The position numbers and the translations under genes are program-made. Positions 1-10,800 of a DNA stretch of 64,000 nt are shown here, piece after piece (the first letter of the stretch is position 1; each line of letters starts with the position of its first letter). The stretch lies in the NCBI GenBank assembly GCA_002699085.1, contig PAAR01000004.1, positions 14,839 to 78,838 on the forward strand. Reading direction: 5' to 3'. Under the pieces are notes generated by a model. The model made no database searches. It saw nothing but the letters and a program-made list of their open reading frames with translations, and was not told the DNA's origin. Source of the DNA: Micavibrio sp. (GTDB lineage: Bacteria; Pseudomonadota; Alphaproteobacteria; Micavibrionales; UBA9664).

Positions 1-992
1 GCATTTTGTAGCGCTGAGATAATCAGGCCTCGAATACGTTGAACATCGCGGAAACGTACTTCTGTTTTGGCGGGATGAACGTTGATATCGACATCTGTGT
101 AAGGTAAGTCGAGAAAAAGGGCAACTTGTGGATGACGATCACGATGAAGTACGTCCATATAAGCAGCACGTATACAGCCCATAAGAAGCCTGTCTTTGAC
201 AGGTCGACCATTCACAAAAAGAAATTGGTGTAAATTATTACCACGGTGATGTGTCGGAAGACTGGCAAAACCAGTTAGTTTGGTGTCTGTGCTATCTTCA
301 TTAGGTTTTTCAACATGAATAGCCATGGCATTGTCTTGAAAATCTTTCCCCATGAGGGCTGATAGACGATTAAGACGGGCGGTTTCTAATAAATCACTCT
401 CACGGTTTAGGCGTAATGTGATATTGCCATTGTGTTGTAAGGTGAAGCCAATATCAGGATAGGCCATCGCCAGACGTGTTAGGCTATCTTTGACAGCTAA
501 ATATTCCGAGCGTTCGGTCTTTAAGAATTTGAGACGGGCAGGTGTCGCATAGAAAAGATCACGAACTTCGATGCGTGTACCTTTTTGACGAGCGGCGGGT
601 TGAATTGCTTGTTTCTTACCGCCTTCAACCGATAACTGCCATGCTTCACCATTTTGAGCAGTGATTACGGTCATTTTGGAGACGGCACCAATAGAAGGCA
701 TTGCTTCACCCCGAAAACCAAGGCTAGAAATGTGTAATAAGTCATCATCAAGCAGTTTTGAGGTGGCATGGCGATCAAGAGCAGCATCTAGCTCTTCCTT
801 GTTCATGCCTATCCCATCATCTTCGATAATGATGAGTGTTTTACCGCCTTGTTCAAGGCTAATGTCTATCTGATTAGCCCCTGCATCAATAGCATTTTCA
901 ACCAGTTCTTTAACAGCGGCAGCAGGGCGTTCAATGACTTCGCCTGCGGCAATTTGATTGATAAGTATTTCTGGTAAATAACGTATACGCAT
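1..992 (-). CDS. mutL: DNA mismatch repair protein MutL, N-terminal ~330 codons (3' part of the gene lies beyond the left edge)
   Basis: Absent from the ORF track because no stop lies in the window. Minus-strand translation from the ATG at 992-990 reads MRIRYLPEILINQIAAGEVIERPAAAVKELVENAIDAGANQIDI..., later FRGEAMPSIG, FVNGRPVKDRLL and DVDINVHPAKTEVRF. The frame is open down to position 1. Track ORFs 23-211(-) and 661-873(+) are in other frames. Confidence 0.9.
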   Translation of the reverse strand, partial: MRIRYLPEILINQIAAGEVIERPAAAVKELVENAIDAGANQIDISLEQGGKTLIIIEDDGIGMNKEELDAALDRHATSKLLDDDLLHISSLGFRGEAMPSIGAVSKMTVITAQNGEAWQLSVEGGKKQAIQPAARQKGTRIEVRDLFYATPARLKFLKTERSEYLAVKDSLTRLAMAYPDIGFTLQHNGNITLRLNRESDLLETARLNRLSALMGKDFQDNAMAIHVEKPNEDSTDTKLTGFASLPTHHRGNNLHQFLFVNGRPVKDRLLMGCIRAAYMDVLHRDRHPQVALFLDLPYTDVDINVHPAKTEVRFRDVQRIRGLIISALQN

Positions 993-1067
993 GATGAAAC
1001 ACTGCGCTTTTGAGCCTATAAATGCAATGAAATCAGCTTGTTTTGTATAGGAAATCAGTGGATAGGC

Positions 1068-2348
1068 TTACTCATCACGAATAATGTCAACAAGCGTGGT
1101 GTTTTCCATTTTTACTTTAGATAGATCAACACCTGTTAATATGGTTTGAGAAAGCGTTGCTTGTGATAGATCTGCCCCATCAAGATTAACCCCCTTTAAG
1201 TCAGCGCCTGATAAGTCAGCGCCGTAAAGATTAGCCTCTCTTAAATCAGCATTTTGTAGGTTTACGATATGTTTTCTACCATTAAATTGCAGTGGTTTTA
1301 AATTGGCGAGACTAAGATTGATACCTTTCATATTACAATGCTTGAAAGAGGAGCCACGCAAGTCAGCACTTGAAAAATTACAGTTTGAAAAGTCAGAGGC
1401 ATGCATGACCGAGCTTTGCAGTTGTATTTGACTTAAATCCATATCTGAAAAATTACAATCAACAGCAGAGAGTGCCGTTAAAGGATAGCGACGAAGTGTT
1501 GTATATTCTCTAAAATCTTGGCCTTTAACATCCATGCGCTTTCCAATAGCACCAGCACTGTTAATATAGGCAATATGGTCAGCAATTTGATCTATAAGTG
1601 ATTTCTCACCGTCATAAAGGTCATTATGGGTATCCTCCGAACGAATAGCACCTTTGAAAGAGGTTTTACTGTCTGTGCTAATCCACTCAAGCTTTGCACC
1701 TGAAAGATTAGCTTTATCTAGTTTTGACGCACAAAGATTAGCCCCTGTCATAATGGCTTTACTTAAATTACAATTTTCAAAATTAGCCCCTCGGAAATCG
1801 GCATCGACAAAGGCAGCGCCACTTAATTCGGCACCACTGAAGTCAGCACGATAGGCTTTTGCGCCACTGAAATTACTGTTTTTCATCGATGAGCCAAGAA
1901 AAGAGGTGATGACGATAGGATCATCTGATCCGCTACGTTTTTGTTGAACGATAGGTCCTTTTGGTGCTTTGGCAAGTTTTGCGAGCTGCCCTTCACGCAT
2001 ATCTACAGACGAGAAATCAGCATCGTCGGCTGCAGCATTGGCAACATATGCACCACGAAAATCGGCCCGTTTAAAACTCGCCCCAATCATGTTTACTTTG
2101 CGTAAATCACATGCATAAAAATTAGAATGGTCAAAAGTACAATGGCTTAGATTAGAGCTAACAAAGCTTGAACCAGTAAAATCTGCGCCTGATAGGTCAG
2201 CCCGATTGAAATTAAGATGGTCAAGAACTTTAAATTGTAAGATACACTTTCGTCCGCCCGCAAGGCCTCGACGATATTTTACATGGAGCTTGATAAATTC
2301 TTCAAGCTCGCCTTGGCCAATCGTTGTTAATTCATCCAGTGACGACAA
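1068..2348 (-). CDS. pentapeptide-repeat protein (426 aa)
   Basis: Long runs of five-residue repeats (ADLSGADFTGSSF..., ADLSGADLKGVNLDGADLSQATLSQ). TTG start (complement of 2346-2348) preceded by AAAGGTAGGA. Confidence 0.8.
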   Translation of the reverse strand: MSSLDELTTIGQGELEEFIKLHVKYRRGLAGGRKCILQFKVLDHLNFNRADLSGADFTGSSFVSSNLSHCTFDHSNFYACDLRKVNMIGASFKRADFRGAYVANAAADDADFSSVDMREGQLAKLAKAPKGPIVQQKRSGSDDPIVITSFLGSSMKNSNFSGAKAYRADFSGAELSGAAFVDADFRGANFENCNLSKAIMTGANLCASKLDKANLSGAKLEWISTDSKTSFKGAIRSEDTHNDLYDGEKSLIDQIADHIAYINSAGAIGKRMDVKGQDFREYTTLRRYPLTALSAVDCNFSDMDLSQIQLQSSVMHASDFSNCNFSSADLRGSSFKHCNMKGINLSLANLKPLQFNGRKHIVNLQNADLREANLYGADLSGADLKGVNLDGADLSQATLSQTILTGVDLSKVKMENTTLVDIIRDE

Positions 2349-2432
2349 GGTATCCTACCTTTTGTAAATGCAACTTTATCCTATGTATTCTAACATAGAT
2401 TTTAAGTATGCAGAAGATAGGTTAATGAAAGC

Positions 2433-3932
2433 TTACAGCTTTAAGCGTTTTACTAATTCTTTTGCGGCAACGTCAGTTTCGTTATTCTTGTCATCAAGAA
2501 CTTTCTTAGCCAGCGTTTTTCCAAGTTCAACGCCCCATTGGTCAAAACTATTGAGATTCCACAATATGCCTTGCACAAAAATTTTATGTTCATAGGTGGC
2601 AAGCAATTGTCCTAAATGAAAAGGGCTGAGTGAGGGCAGCAAAAGAACACTGTGGGGACGGCTACCATTGAATTGTTTATAAGGCTCATCTTTTGATGCT
2701 TCTTGACCATTTGTGAGGGCAAGGCTTTGCCCTACGAGATTGGCAAGGAGGATTTCGTGTTGGTTTTTATAAGGGTGATTAGGCTCTATAACGCCGATAA
2801 ATTCACAAAATGTTAGAAGAGGACTTTGGTGAATATGTTGATAGAAAGCATGTTGGCCATTTGTGCCAGGTTGGCCATATATATAAGGCCCTGTGATGTA
2901 ATCTACCTTGTCACCATTACGGTCGATTTCTTTGCCGTTTGATTCCATATCTAATTGCTGCAACCATAAGGGTAGAAACTCTAAGCGTTGATCGTAAGGT
3001 AAACAGGCAAGCGCATGGATATTTAAAAAGCTAATATGCCAAAAGCCGATCAATCCCATGAGCACAGGGATATTTTGTTCTAAAGGTGCATTTAAGAAAT
3101 GCTGGTCCATATTTTCCGCACCGTGAAGTAATTCTTCAAAAACGTCAAATCCTAACCCTAGGGAAAGAGACAGACCAATAGAAGACCAGAGGCTAAAACG
3201 TCCACCGACCCAGTCCTCGAAAGGAAAGATATTGTCAGCATCAATGCCAAATTCTTGGGCTGCTTGGCTGTTTGTACTCAGTGCAACAAAATGATCTTTA
3301 ACAGCATTCTGACCAAGTTTATTAACGAGCCATTTTTTTGCTGTTTCTGCATTTGTTAAAGTCTCAATCGTGGTAAATGTCTTGGAAGCAATAATGAATA
3401 AAGTCTTATCGGCTTCACATTGTTTGAGCACGGCTTGTAAATCGTGCCCATCAATATTTGATACATAATAGACATTTAGTTTTTGCTGCGTCGATTTAAG
3501 GGCTTCATAAACCATGCGTGGTCCTAGATCAGACCCGCCTATACCAATATTGACGATTGTTTTAATGCGCTTTTCCTGATGGGTTTGCTGCACAAATCTT
3601 TTCATATGCGCAAGGCTTTTGGCTACTTCTTTGCGTGGGTTACTGGCACGCAAGGCCGTGTGTAGAACAGCACGGTCTTCAGTGTTGTTTATACGCTCAC
3701 CAGCAAACATTTTGCTGCGCCAATCTTCAAGATTACAACTCTTTGCATAGGTAATTAAACTATCTAATGTTTGTTGTGATGTACGCGTTTTGCTTGCATC
3801 AAAATAAAACCCGTCGAGATCCACTGAAAAGTGATCGAGCCTGTTAGGTTCATTTTTAATGAGATTAGGCACGGAGATAGATTGCTTAGCCAGTCTTTCT
3901 AATTGTTGCCATATAGTATTTTTATTGGGCAT
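2433..3932 (-). CDS. pgi: glucose-6-phosphate isomerase
   Basis: Track ORF 2433-3971 trimmed to the ATG at 3932 (MPNKNTIWQQLERL...). Contains IGIGGSDLGPRMV, FIIASKTFTT and GTNGQHAFYQ PGI signatures. Overlaps the stop of the upstream M16 gene by 11 nt. Confidence 0.9.
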   Translation of the reverse strand: MPNKNTIWQQLERLAKQSISVPNLIKNEPNRLDHFSVDLDGFYFDASKTRTSQQTLDSLITYAKSCNLEDWRSKMFAGERINNTEDRAVLHTALRASNPRKEVAKSLAHMKRFVQQTHQEKRIKTIVNIGIGGSDLGPRMVYEALKSTQQKLNVYYVSNIDGHDLQAVLKQCEADKTLFIIASKTFTTIETLTNAETAKKWLVNKLGQNAVKDHFVALSTNSQAAQEFGIDADNIFPFEDWVGGRFSLWSSIGLSLSLGLGFDVFEELLHGAENMDQHFLNAPLEQNIPVLMGLIGFWHISFLNIHALACLPYDQRLEFLPLWLQQLDMESNGKEIDRNGDKVDYITGPYIYGQPGTNGQHAFYQHIHQSPLLTFCEFIGVIEPNHPYKNQHEILLANLVGQSLALTNGQEASKDEPYKQFNGSRPHSVLLLPSLSPFHLGQLLATYEHKIFVQGILWNLNSFDQWGVELGKTLAKKVLDDKNNETDVAAKELVKRLKL

Positions 3933-5274
3933 TAGGAATATCCTCAACCACTTGCATTTTATAGTTATCATTCAAAGTGGGGTTGCCGACAATAATTGTT
4001 AATGGTTCGGGTGTAAGTAATTGTTGGGCTAATGTTTTTACATCTTCGGTGGAAACTTTATGTATTGCTGCATCACGTTTGTCTAAATAATCAATGGGCA
4101 GTTGATCCATTTGCATACCGAGTAATATACTGGCGATACTGTCTGTGGAGGTTAATTGTAAAGGTAGTGATCCGATCATATATTGTTTGGCTCTGCGTAA
4201 TTCATCGTTTGTAACGCCTTGTGCAATAAATTCCTTTACAATCGCATCTATGTTGTCAAGCATGAGGCCAACATTTTTATTTTCCGTTGAGGTCGAAATA
4301 GTGAAGCTTGGTGCATGGTCGAGTAATTGTGGGGACGAATAAATACCATAGGTTAAGCCCTGTTTTTCACGAATTTCTTCCATTAGACGAGAGCCAAAAC
4401 CATTGCCGCCTAAAATATGATTAAGCAGTAATAATGTGTAGTAATTTTCATCCTTACGCCCTAGACCATCCCAACGCATTTCTACAAAGCTTTGGGGGAT
4501 GTCGAGTGTGTATAGAAAATTTTGCCCTTTATTTTGAACGCTAATGTTTTCGATGGGGGCTTTTGGCCGTGATGGTGGAAGGCTTGCAAAAACATAGTCT
4601 AATAGCTTAGTAAGTTCTTCAGCTGTGATATCTCCAGTTACCGCAACCCTTAAGTTTTCTCGGGTAATAGTGCTTTTAAAAACTTCTTGTAAGTTAACAG
4701 GTGTAATTTTTGATAAGCTTTGTAATGTGCCGCCACTATTCATTGCATAAGGATGATGTTCATATGCTTTGTCATTAGCAATCCGTGCAGCAATCCACTC
4801 TGGATCGGAAAGGGCAGAGCGTATTCTTGATTGATTGGCAGCGATCATTCGATCAACGGCTTCTTGATCGAAGCGGGGCGCTGTGAGGGCGAGTTTTAAC
4901 AGATGAAAAGCCTCTGATTTATGCTTACTTAAAGTTTTTACTGAACCAAAAAAGCCATCTCGACTTGAATTGAATTTTAATGTTATAGAATTGTCATCTA
5001 GGCGTTTTTGAAACTCTTGTGCTGCAACTTCTCCAGCACCTTCATCTAATGTATTTGAGAGTAACGTTGAAAGCCCAGAAAGCATTTCAGGATCTTGTGC
5101 AGACCCGTAAGTGAACCCAATTTCCATCGAAATGACAGGAATAGAATGATCTTCTACAAGCCACGCTGTGATTCCTTTAGATGATGTGACTTGTTGAATA
5201 TTTAAGATTTTATCACTTGCAAAAGCAGGCGTTAGGCATAAACAACACAATAAAGATAAAAGAAACTGTTTCAT
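3922..5274 (-). CDS. M16-family (pitrilysin-like) peptidase, non-catalytic partner subunit
   Basis: 450 aa with a signal peptide and M16 two-domain length, but no HxxEH zinc motif. Lies 1 nt downstream of the catalytic M16 paralogue. Confidence 0.7.
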   Translation of the reverse strand: MKQFLLSLLCCLCLTPAFASDKILNIQQVTSSKGITAWLVEDHSIPVISMEIGFTYGSAQDPEMLSGLSTLLSNTLDEGAGEVAAQEFQKRLDDNSITLKFNSSRDGFFGSVKTLSKHKSEAFHLLKLALTAPRFDQEAVDRMIAANQSRIRSALSDPEWIAARIANDKAYEHHPYAMNSGGTLQSLSKITPVNLQEVFKSTITRENLRVAVTGDITAEELTKLLDYVFASLPPSRPKAPIENISVQNKGQNFLYTLDIPQSFVEMRWDGLGRKDENYYTLLLLNHILGGNGFGSRLMEEIREKQGLTYGIYSSPQLLDHAPSFTISTSTENKNVGLMLDNIDAIVKEFIAQGVTNDELRRAKQYMIGSLPLQLTSTDSIASILLGMQMDQLPIDYLDKRDAAIHKVSTEDVKTLAQQLLTPEPLTIIVGNPTLNDNYKMQVVEDIPNAQ

Positions 5275-5275
5275 A

Positions 5276-6673
5276 CTATTTGCCTTTTTTCTTATCTGGT
5301 GTTGGTTCAGCCGCTTTTTCGGGAGAAGCTAAGGACGCTGTTTCTGGTTCTAAGAAGCCCTCTACGTAAAGCGATTTGGGCGACATATATTTATTGAAAA
5401 CCGCTTTCACGTCTTTTGGGGTTACTTGATTGAGAAGGCTTGGGTAATGCTCTATCTCATCCAATGTCATGCCAGTTGCTAGCGCCTGCCCCACGATCAT
5501 TGCCGGCCCTGTTACGCTGTCACGTAAATAAGCGGTACTATCTTGGATACGTGTTACAGCTTGTTTTATCTCAGCTTCTGTCCAATCTTTTTGGCTATAG
5601 TGCGCAATAAATGCTTCAAAAGCTGCCTTAACGCTATGTGCATCAATATTTTGTGCAGGTGTTGCACTGAAAGAAATATCAGTTGGTCCTAAGGACTGGC
5701 TTGAATAGCGTATGCTGGCGGAGGCAACTAACTTCTGTTTTGCAACGAGTTCTTGATATAGAGGTGCCGAAGAGCCGCCATCAAGAAGTTCTTGTAGAAC
5801 AGTAAGAGCAAGACTTTCTTTTTGGTTTTCTTGCCAATTAGGGGCACGATAAAACCGTGCATAGATAGGTTGCAAAATCCGACTATGCTGCATATTGATT
5901 GTTGTGTTTGTAATAAGTGGGTCAATGGGGCGATTAATAATACGTTTTGGTACCTTATGGCGACTAATTCCACCATAATATTTCTCTGCTAATCGTTTTA
6001 ATTTGTCAGGTTCTATATCTCCAGCAACAATAAGCCGCGCATTATTAGGTTTGTAATGTGCTTCAAAGTACTCAAGCGCATCATTTAGGGTTAGATTTTC
6101 TACATCTGCCTTCCAGCCAATAATCGGAATACCATAAGGATGGTCAGGATAAAGGGCAGCATTTAGTTCGGCAAAAAATAATGCTTGAGGGTCATTTTCC
6201 AACCGTTGACGTCGTTCTTCTAAAACAACGAGCAATTCCGATTTCGCCTCTTCTTCGGGAACTTTAAGGCCTTTCATGCGGTCTGCTTCCATACGCATAG
6301 CTTTTTCAAGATATTCGGATGAGAGCGTCTGGAAATAAGCAGTATAATCTTGTGACGTAAAGGCGTTGTCATTTCCACCTAGATCACGAATGGTTTTTGA
6401 TAGCTCCCCTGGTGCAACATTTTCGCTACCTTTAAACATAAGGTGCTCAATATAATGGGCGACACCTGATTGGCCATAGGGCTCATCTGCTGCCCCTGTT
6501 TTGTACCAAACCATCTGCGTTACAACAGGCGAACGTGTGTTAGGAATGGCGATAACCTCAAGGCCGTTATCTAATGTGAAGCTTTTGGTATTAAAGAGTT
6601 TATCATCTTGTGCGATAGCAGTATGCGTAAAAAATAATAAACACAAAATCGCTATATATATTTTTTTCTGCAT
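5276..6673 (-). CDS. M16-family zinc peptidase, catalytic subunit
   Basis: 465 aa with a signal peptide and the inverted zinc motif HYIEHLMFKG (HxxEH). Confidence 0.8.
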   Translation of the reverse strand: MQKKIYIAILCLLFFTHTAIAQDDKLFNTKSFTLDNGLEVIAIPNTRSPVVTQMVWYKTGAADEPYGQSGVAHYIEHLMFKGSENVAPGELSKTIRDLGGNDNAFTSQDYTAYFQTLSSEYLEKAMRMEADRMKGLKVPEEEAKSELLVVLEERRQRLENDPQALFFAELNAALYPDHPYGIPIIGWKADVENLTLNDALEYFEAHYKPNNARLIVAGDIEPDKLKRLAEKYYGGISRHKVPKRIINRPIDPLITNTTINMQHSRILQPIYARFYRAPNWQENQKESLALTVLQELLDGGSSAPLYQELVAKQKLVASASIRYSSQSLGPTDISFSATPAQNIDAHSVKAAFEAFIAHYSQKDWTEAEIKQAVTRIQDSTAYLRDSVTGPAMIVGQALATGMTLDEIEHYPSLLNQVTPKDVKAVFNKYMSPKSLYVEGFLEPETASLASPEKAAEPTPDKKKGK

Positions 6674-6678
6674 GATTG

Positions 6679-7212
6679 CTACTCGGCTTGTGGCGCTGAA
6701 TTTTGCTGTAATCTCTCACGTTCCGCTTTAGGATCAATTGTCTCGGCTTTAGGTTCAACTTTTTTACCTAAACGTAGAACTTTTAAGCCAATAGGAACAT
6801 CTTCATTGACTCGGTCTTCATAATCTTCGTTAACCTTTTGACGAATGGAGGGGTCGATATCTTGTGCACCTAATTGGTCTAAAAAAGCGTCTGAATTGCT
6901 AGTTGTTGTTGGGGCGATGGAATCGTTAGCATTGTTGAGCACGGCATTCTCAGCGGAAGAGGGCTGCGCATTGAATACGCTTTGTGCTTCTTGTTGTGGA
7001 GTCACTTCTTGAGGACGGGGGGCGCCAGGTTGAGGGACGGGCAAAGTTAATCCTTGCGGAATTTCCAAAGGGGCATGCTTAGTGATACGGAATTCATCGG
7101 GTGTTTTATTGACACCAATACCAATTTTCTTGCCTAGATTTGTGCAGGCGGACATTGAAATAGTTATTAAGGTTACGAAACAAATTTTTGCAATGTTGTT
7201 TAGTGTCTTCAT
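6679..7212 (-). CDS. DUF3035-type lipoprotein
   Basis: Lipobox ISMSAC. PDEFRITKHAPLEIPQGLTLPVPQPGAPRPQE resembles the DUF3035 core. Sits directly downstream of lspA, as I recall for alphaproteobacteria. Confidence 0.6.
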   Translation of the reverse strand: MKTLNNIAKICFVTLITISMSACTNLGKKIGIGVNKTPDEFRITKHAPLEIPQGLTLPVPQPGAPRPQEVTPQQEAQSVFNAQPSSAENAVLNNANDSIAPTTTSNSDAFLDQLGAQDIDPSIRQKVNEDYEDRVNEDVPIGLKVLRLGKKVEPKAETIDPKAERERLQQNSAPQAE

Positions 7213-7222
7213 ACGGCCTCAC

Positions 7223-7747
7223 TTATGGCTTTTTGCTTAGAAAAATTGTGTCTATCAATAATAGAGCAACACCTAGTGTAATAGCAGAATCTGACAAATT
7301 AAAGGCAGGCCAATGATAGCCCATTACATGAATGTCTAAAAAATCAGCAACAGCCCCAAAACGTAGGCGATCTATGACATTTCCGATGGCACCACCAATA
7401 GTAATAGCGAGTGTATAACGAATAAAGTTACGCTCTGTTTTGAGCATCCATACGCCCAAACCAATTGAAATACAAATTGATAGGAAGCTTAAAATGAGAG
7501 CTGTTTCCCCAAAACCGTTTAATAAGCCAAAGCTAACCCCTTCATTCCATACCATTACAAGGTTAAAGAATGGGAGAACATAGATCCCACCGAACGGTAA
7601 GCGCTCAGATGAGGTGAACCATTCAAAGAAATTAAGGGCAGCACTAGGGTCTTCTCGTAAGAATCCTTCTAAAACCCACCATTTTGTGAGTTGATCGGCA
7701 AGAACAATAAGTAGGATAAGTATTAAGGCAATATGTTTATTTTTCAT
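7223..7747 (-). CDS. lspA: lipoprotein signal peptidase (signal peptidase II)
   Basis: Track ORF trimmed to the ATG at 7747 (MKNKHIALILILL...). Motifs DQLTKWWV, NEGVSFGLL and GGAIGNVIDRLRFGAVADFLD. Confidence 0.85.
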   Translation of the reverse strand: MKNKHIALILILLIVLADQLTKWWVLEGFLREDPSAALNFFEWFTSSERLPFGGIYVLPFFNLVMVWNEGVSFGLLNGFGETALILSFLSICISIGLGVWMLKTERNFIRYTLAITIGGAIGNVIDRLRFGAVADFLDIHVMGYHWPAFNLSDSAITLGVALLLIDTIFLSKKP

Positions 7748-7810
7748 GCACTTACCATGGCACGCCAAAGGGCTTGAATCAACGGTTTTTTAAGGTTGTA
7801 AACAGGCTTG

Positions 7811-10800
7811 TTATGCTGCTTTGCGACTACGTGTCACCGATATCTTAACGCTTTCGCCTAGAAGATCATGCGTGCCTGTGTATTCGCTGTTATCACCAGT
7901 GAATCCAAGGCTGTTCGTCAGTGTTTCCGCTTTTATCATCTCTGCATGTGTATCTGCGGCTTGTTTAATCGTATCAGAGACGCTAAGAGTCAGATCAATA
8001 TGGTCTGAAATATCGAAATCGGCATCCTTACGAGTTTGCTGGATAAGGCGAATAAGGTCACGGGCTATGCCTTCTTGCTCCAATTCTGGCGTCAGCTTGG
8101 TATCCAAAATAACAGCACCTTGGCCAGAAATTTGTTGAGAGGACAAACCTTCGGCTGTGTTAAGGCGCATAGAGAAATCTTCAGATTCTAAAGTAACGCC
8201 AGCGGCAGTTACAGTGCCATCGCCATTATCTGACCAATCACCAGAACGAGATGCTTCCATAACTGGTTTCATTTTATCTTTAAGTTTCTTACCAATCTGT
8301 GGATTTACTTTTAATTCTAATGAGCCGTATTGCGCTAGATCAGTGCTTAACGTGACTTTCTTCACGTTCAACTCATCAGCCATTAATTCTTTAAAATCTT
8401 CTAATGTATTGGCGGTTTCTGAGGCGACAATCAATTCAGCCAAAGGCAAGCGCACACGAAGATTTTCTTGTTCTCGTACAGAAAGAGCCGCTGAACAGAC
8501 TTCACGCACCATATCCATAGAAGAGACAAGATTTGCATTGGCCGCTAAGGCATCGGCTTTTGGCCAATCCGTTAAATGCACAGATTCTTCACCTGTTAAG
8601 TTTCTATAGATTGTTTCTGTCAAAAACGGCAAAAACGGTGCCGCAACCCGGCATAGATTATGTAGCACTGTATATAATGTGTCATAAGCTGCTTGCTTAT
8701 CGGCTGTTTTTTCAGCCGACCAAAAACGATCACGAGAGCGACGGATATACCAATTGGTCAGTGCATCAAAGAATTCACGGATTTCAACGCAAGAGCCAGG
8801 TAAGTCATAGACTTCCATTTTTGCTTGGACAGCTTCTATCAAGGTACGTGTTTTCGCCAAAATATATTGATCGAGCGTGTTATCGCTTGATTGAATAATT
8901 TTTCCACGCAATTTATCAGCATTGGCATAGAGTGTATAAAAGCTATAGGCATTCCAAAGTGGGTTAAGGATTTGATTGCGGATTTGACCGATGGCTTTAC
9001 CACCATCATTTGGCACAGCCAGATCGCCACCATTCACTAATGTTGAAGAGATTAAATACCAACGCATACAATCTGAGCCGAATTGGTCAAAAACCTCAAC
9101 TGGGTCAGGATAGTTACGTTTACGTTTAGAGAGTTTTTGTTTGTTTTCATCCAAAACGATACCGTGACAGATGCAGTTTTCAAAAGGCGCACGATCAAAT
9201 AACGCTGTCGAAAGCACGATGAGTGTGTAGAACCAGCCACGTGTCTGACCGATATATTCAACGATAAAGTCGCCGGGGAAATGATTATCAAACCATTCCT
9301 TGTTCTCAAACGGGTAATGCACTTGGGCATAAGGCATTGAGCCCGATTCAAACCAGCAATCAAGGACATCTTCAACACGCACCATCATTGATTTGCCTGT
9401 TGGGTCATCAGGGTTTGGACGTGTTAGGTTGTCAATCATCGGGCGATGGAGGTTATCAACCTTCACACCAAAATCTTTTTCTAGTTCTTCTATAGAGCCG
9501 TAAACATCTACACGTGGATAGGTTGGGTTGTCCGAACGCCACACAGGGATCGGTGCGCCCCAAAAACGGCTACGTGAGATATTCCAGTCACGGGCATTTT
9601 CTAACCATTTACCCATAGAACCATCACGGATATGGTCAGGGATCCAGCTGATATTTTTATTCAGTTCAACCATACGGTCTTTGAATTTAGAGACTTCTAA
9701 GTACCAGCTATTGATCGCTTTATAGATAAGTGGCTGGTCTGTCCGCCAACAATGTGGATAATTGTGATCAATCGTTTCTTGACGCACAAGCTTACCTTCT
9801 TCTTTGAGGCGTTGTGTAATCGGCTTATTGGCATCCATCCATAGCATGCCTTCATAATCTGGCACTTCGCCTGTGAATTCGCCTTTGCTATTGATGGGCA
9901 CAACAATCGGGATTTGTGCTTGCTGGCAATTGGTTAAATCTTCCTCACCAAAACCTGGTGCCTGATGAACAATCCCTGTACCATCTTCGGCAGAGACATA
10001 ATCAGCTGTTAACACTTGGAAAGCGTTTTCAGTGTCTTTGAAGTAAGGGAAGAGCGGCTCATAGGTTAGGCCCTTTAAAGCAGTACCTTTGATCGTTGTG
10101 TATGTTGGTTCATCACCAAATTCTTTGCCATGGGCACCAAGACGTGCTTCAGCCAAGATGTACAGCTCCCCCTCTTTTTCAACAACGGCGTAATCAAGAT
10201 CAGGGTGCACAGCCATCGCCAAATTAGAAGGCAATGTCCACGGCGTTGTTGTCCATGCTAGTAAGTAAGCTGTTTTGCCGTTAAATGGCTCATTTAGTTT
10301 AAAGCGCACTGTAACAGCAGGGTCTTGACGCATGCGGTAGCTGTCATCCATGCGAGTTTCAAAATTTGAAAGCGGTGATTCAATGGCCCAGCTATAAGGT
10401 ACAACACGGTAGCCTTCATAGATGTAACCTTTATCCCAGAGTGATTTAAACGCCCACATCACTGATTCCATATAAGTGATATCAAGGGTTTTGTAATCAT
10501 TATCAAAATCAACCCAGCGACCCATACGATTGACGTAGGATTCCCATTCATGGGTGAATTTCAGAACCGAGTTTTCGCAGGCTGTGTTAAATTTTTCTAT
10601 ACCGTAATCAAGAATTTCATAGCGACCAGAGATACCAAGCTCTTTTTCTGTTTGTAGCTCTGCGGGTAAGCCGTGGCAATCCCAGCCAAAGCGACGCTCA
10701 ACACGTTTGCCACGCATAGTTTGGTAACGTGGTACAGTATCTTTAATATAAGAGGTTACAAGGTGCCCATAATGCGGCAGACCATTCGCAAAGGGTGGGC

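Noticed and set aside
3933-3971. N-terminal extensions offered by the ORF track: pgi to 3971, lspA to 7768, trhO to 15495, the lpoA-like gene to 23161, the ankyrin gene to 35103, DUF1328 to 53209, the chaperone to 41895 and the second fimbrial subunit to 41135.
   Set aside because: In each case an internal ATG gives a conventional N-terminus (signal peptide, lipobox or conserved first motif) and usually a better SD. The extensions overlap upstream genes or promoter elements.
7821-9906. Track ORFs on both strands overlapping ileS: 7821-8138, 8157-8609 and 8533-8898 (+); 8839-9033, 9052-9378 and 9697-9906 (-, other frames).
   Set aside because: All lie inside the 1,049-codon ileS frame, which is unambiguous. 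None has a recognisable family or translation signal.
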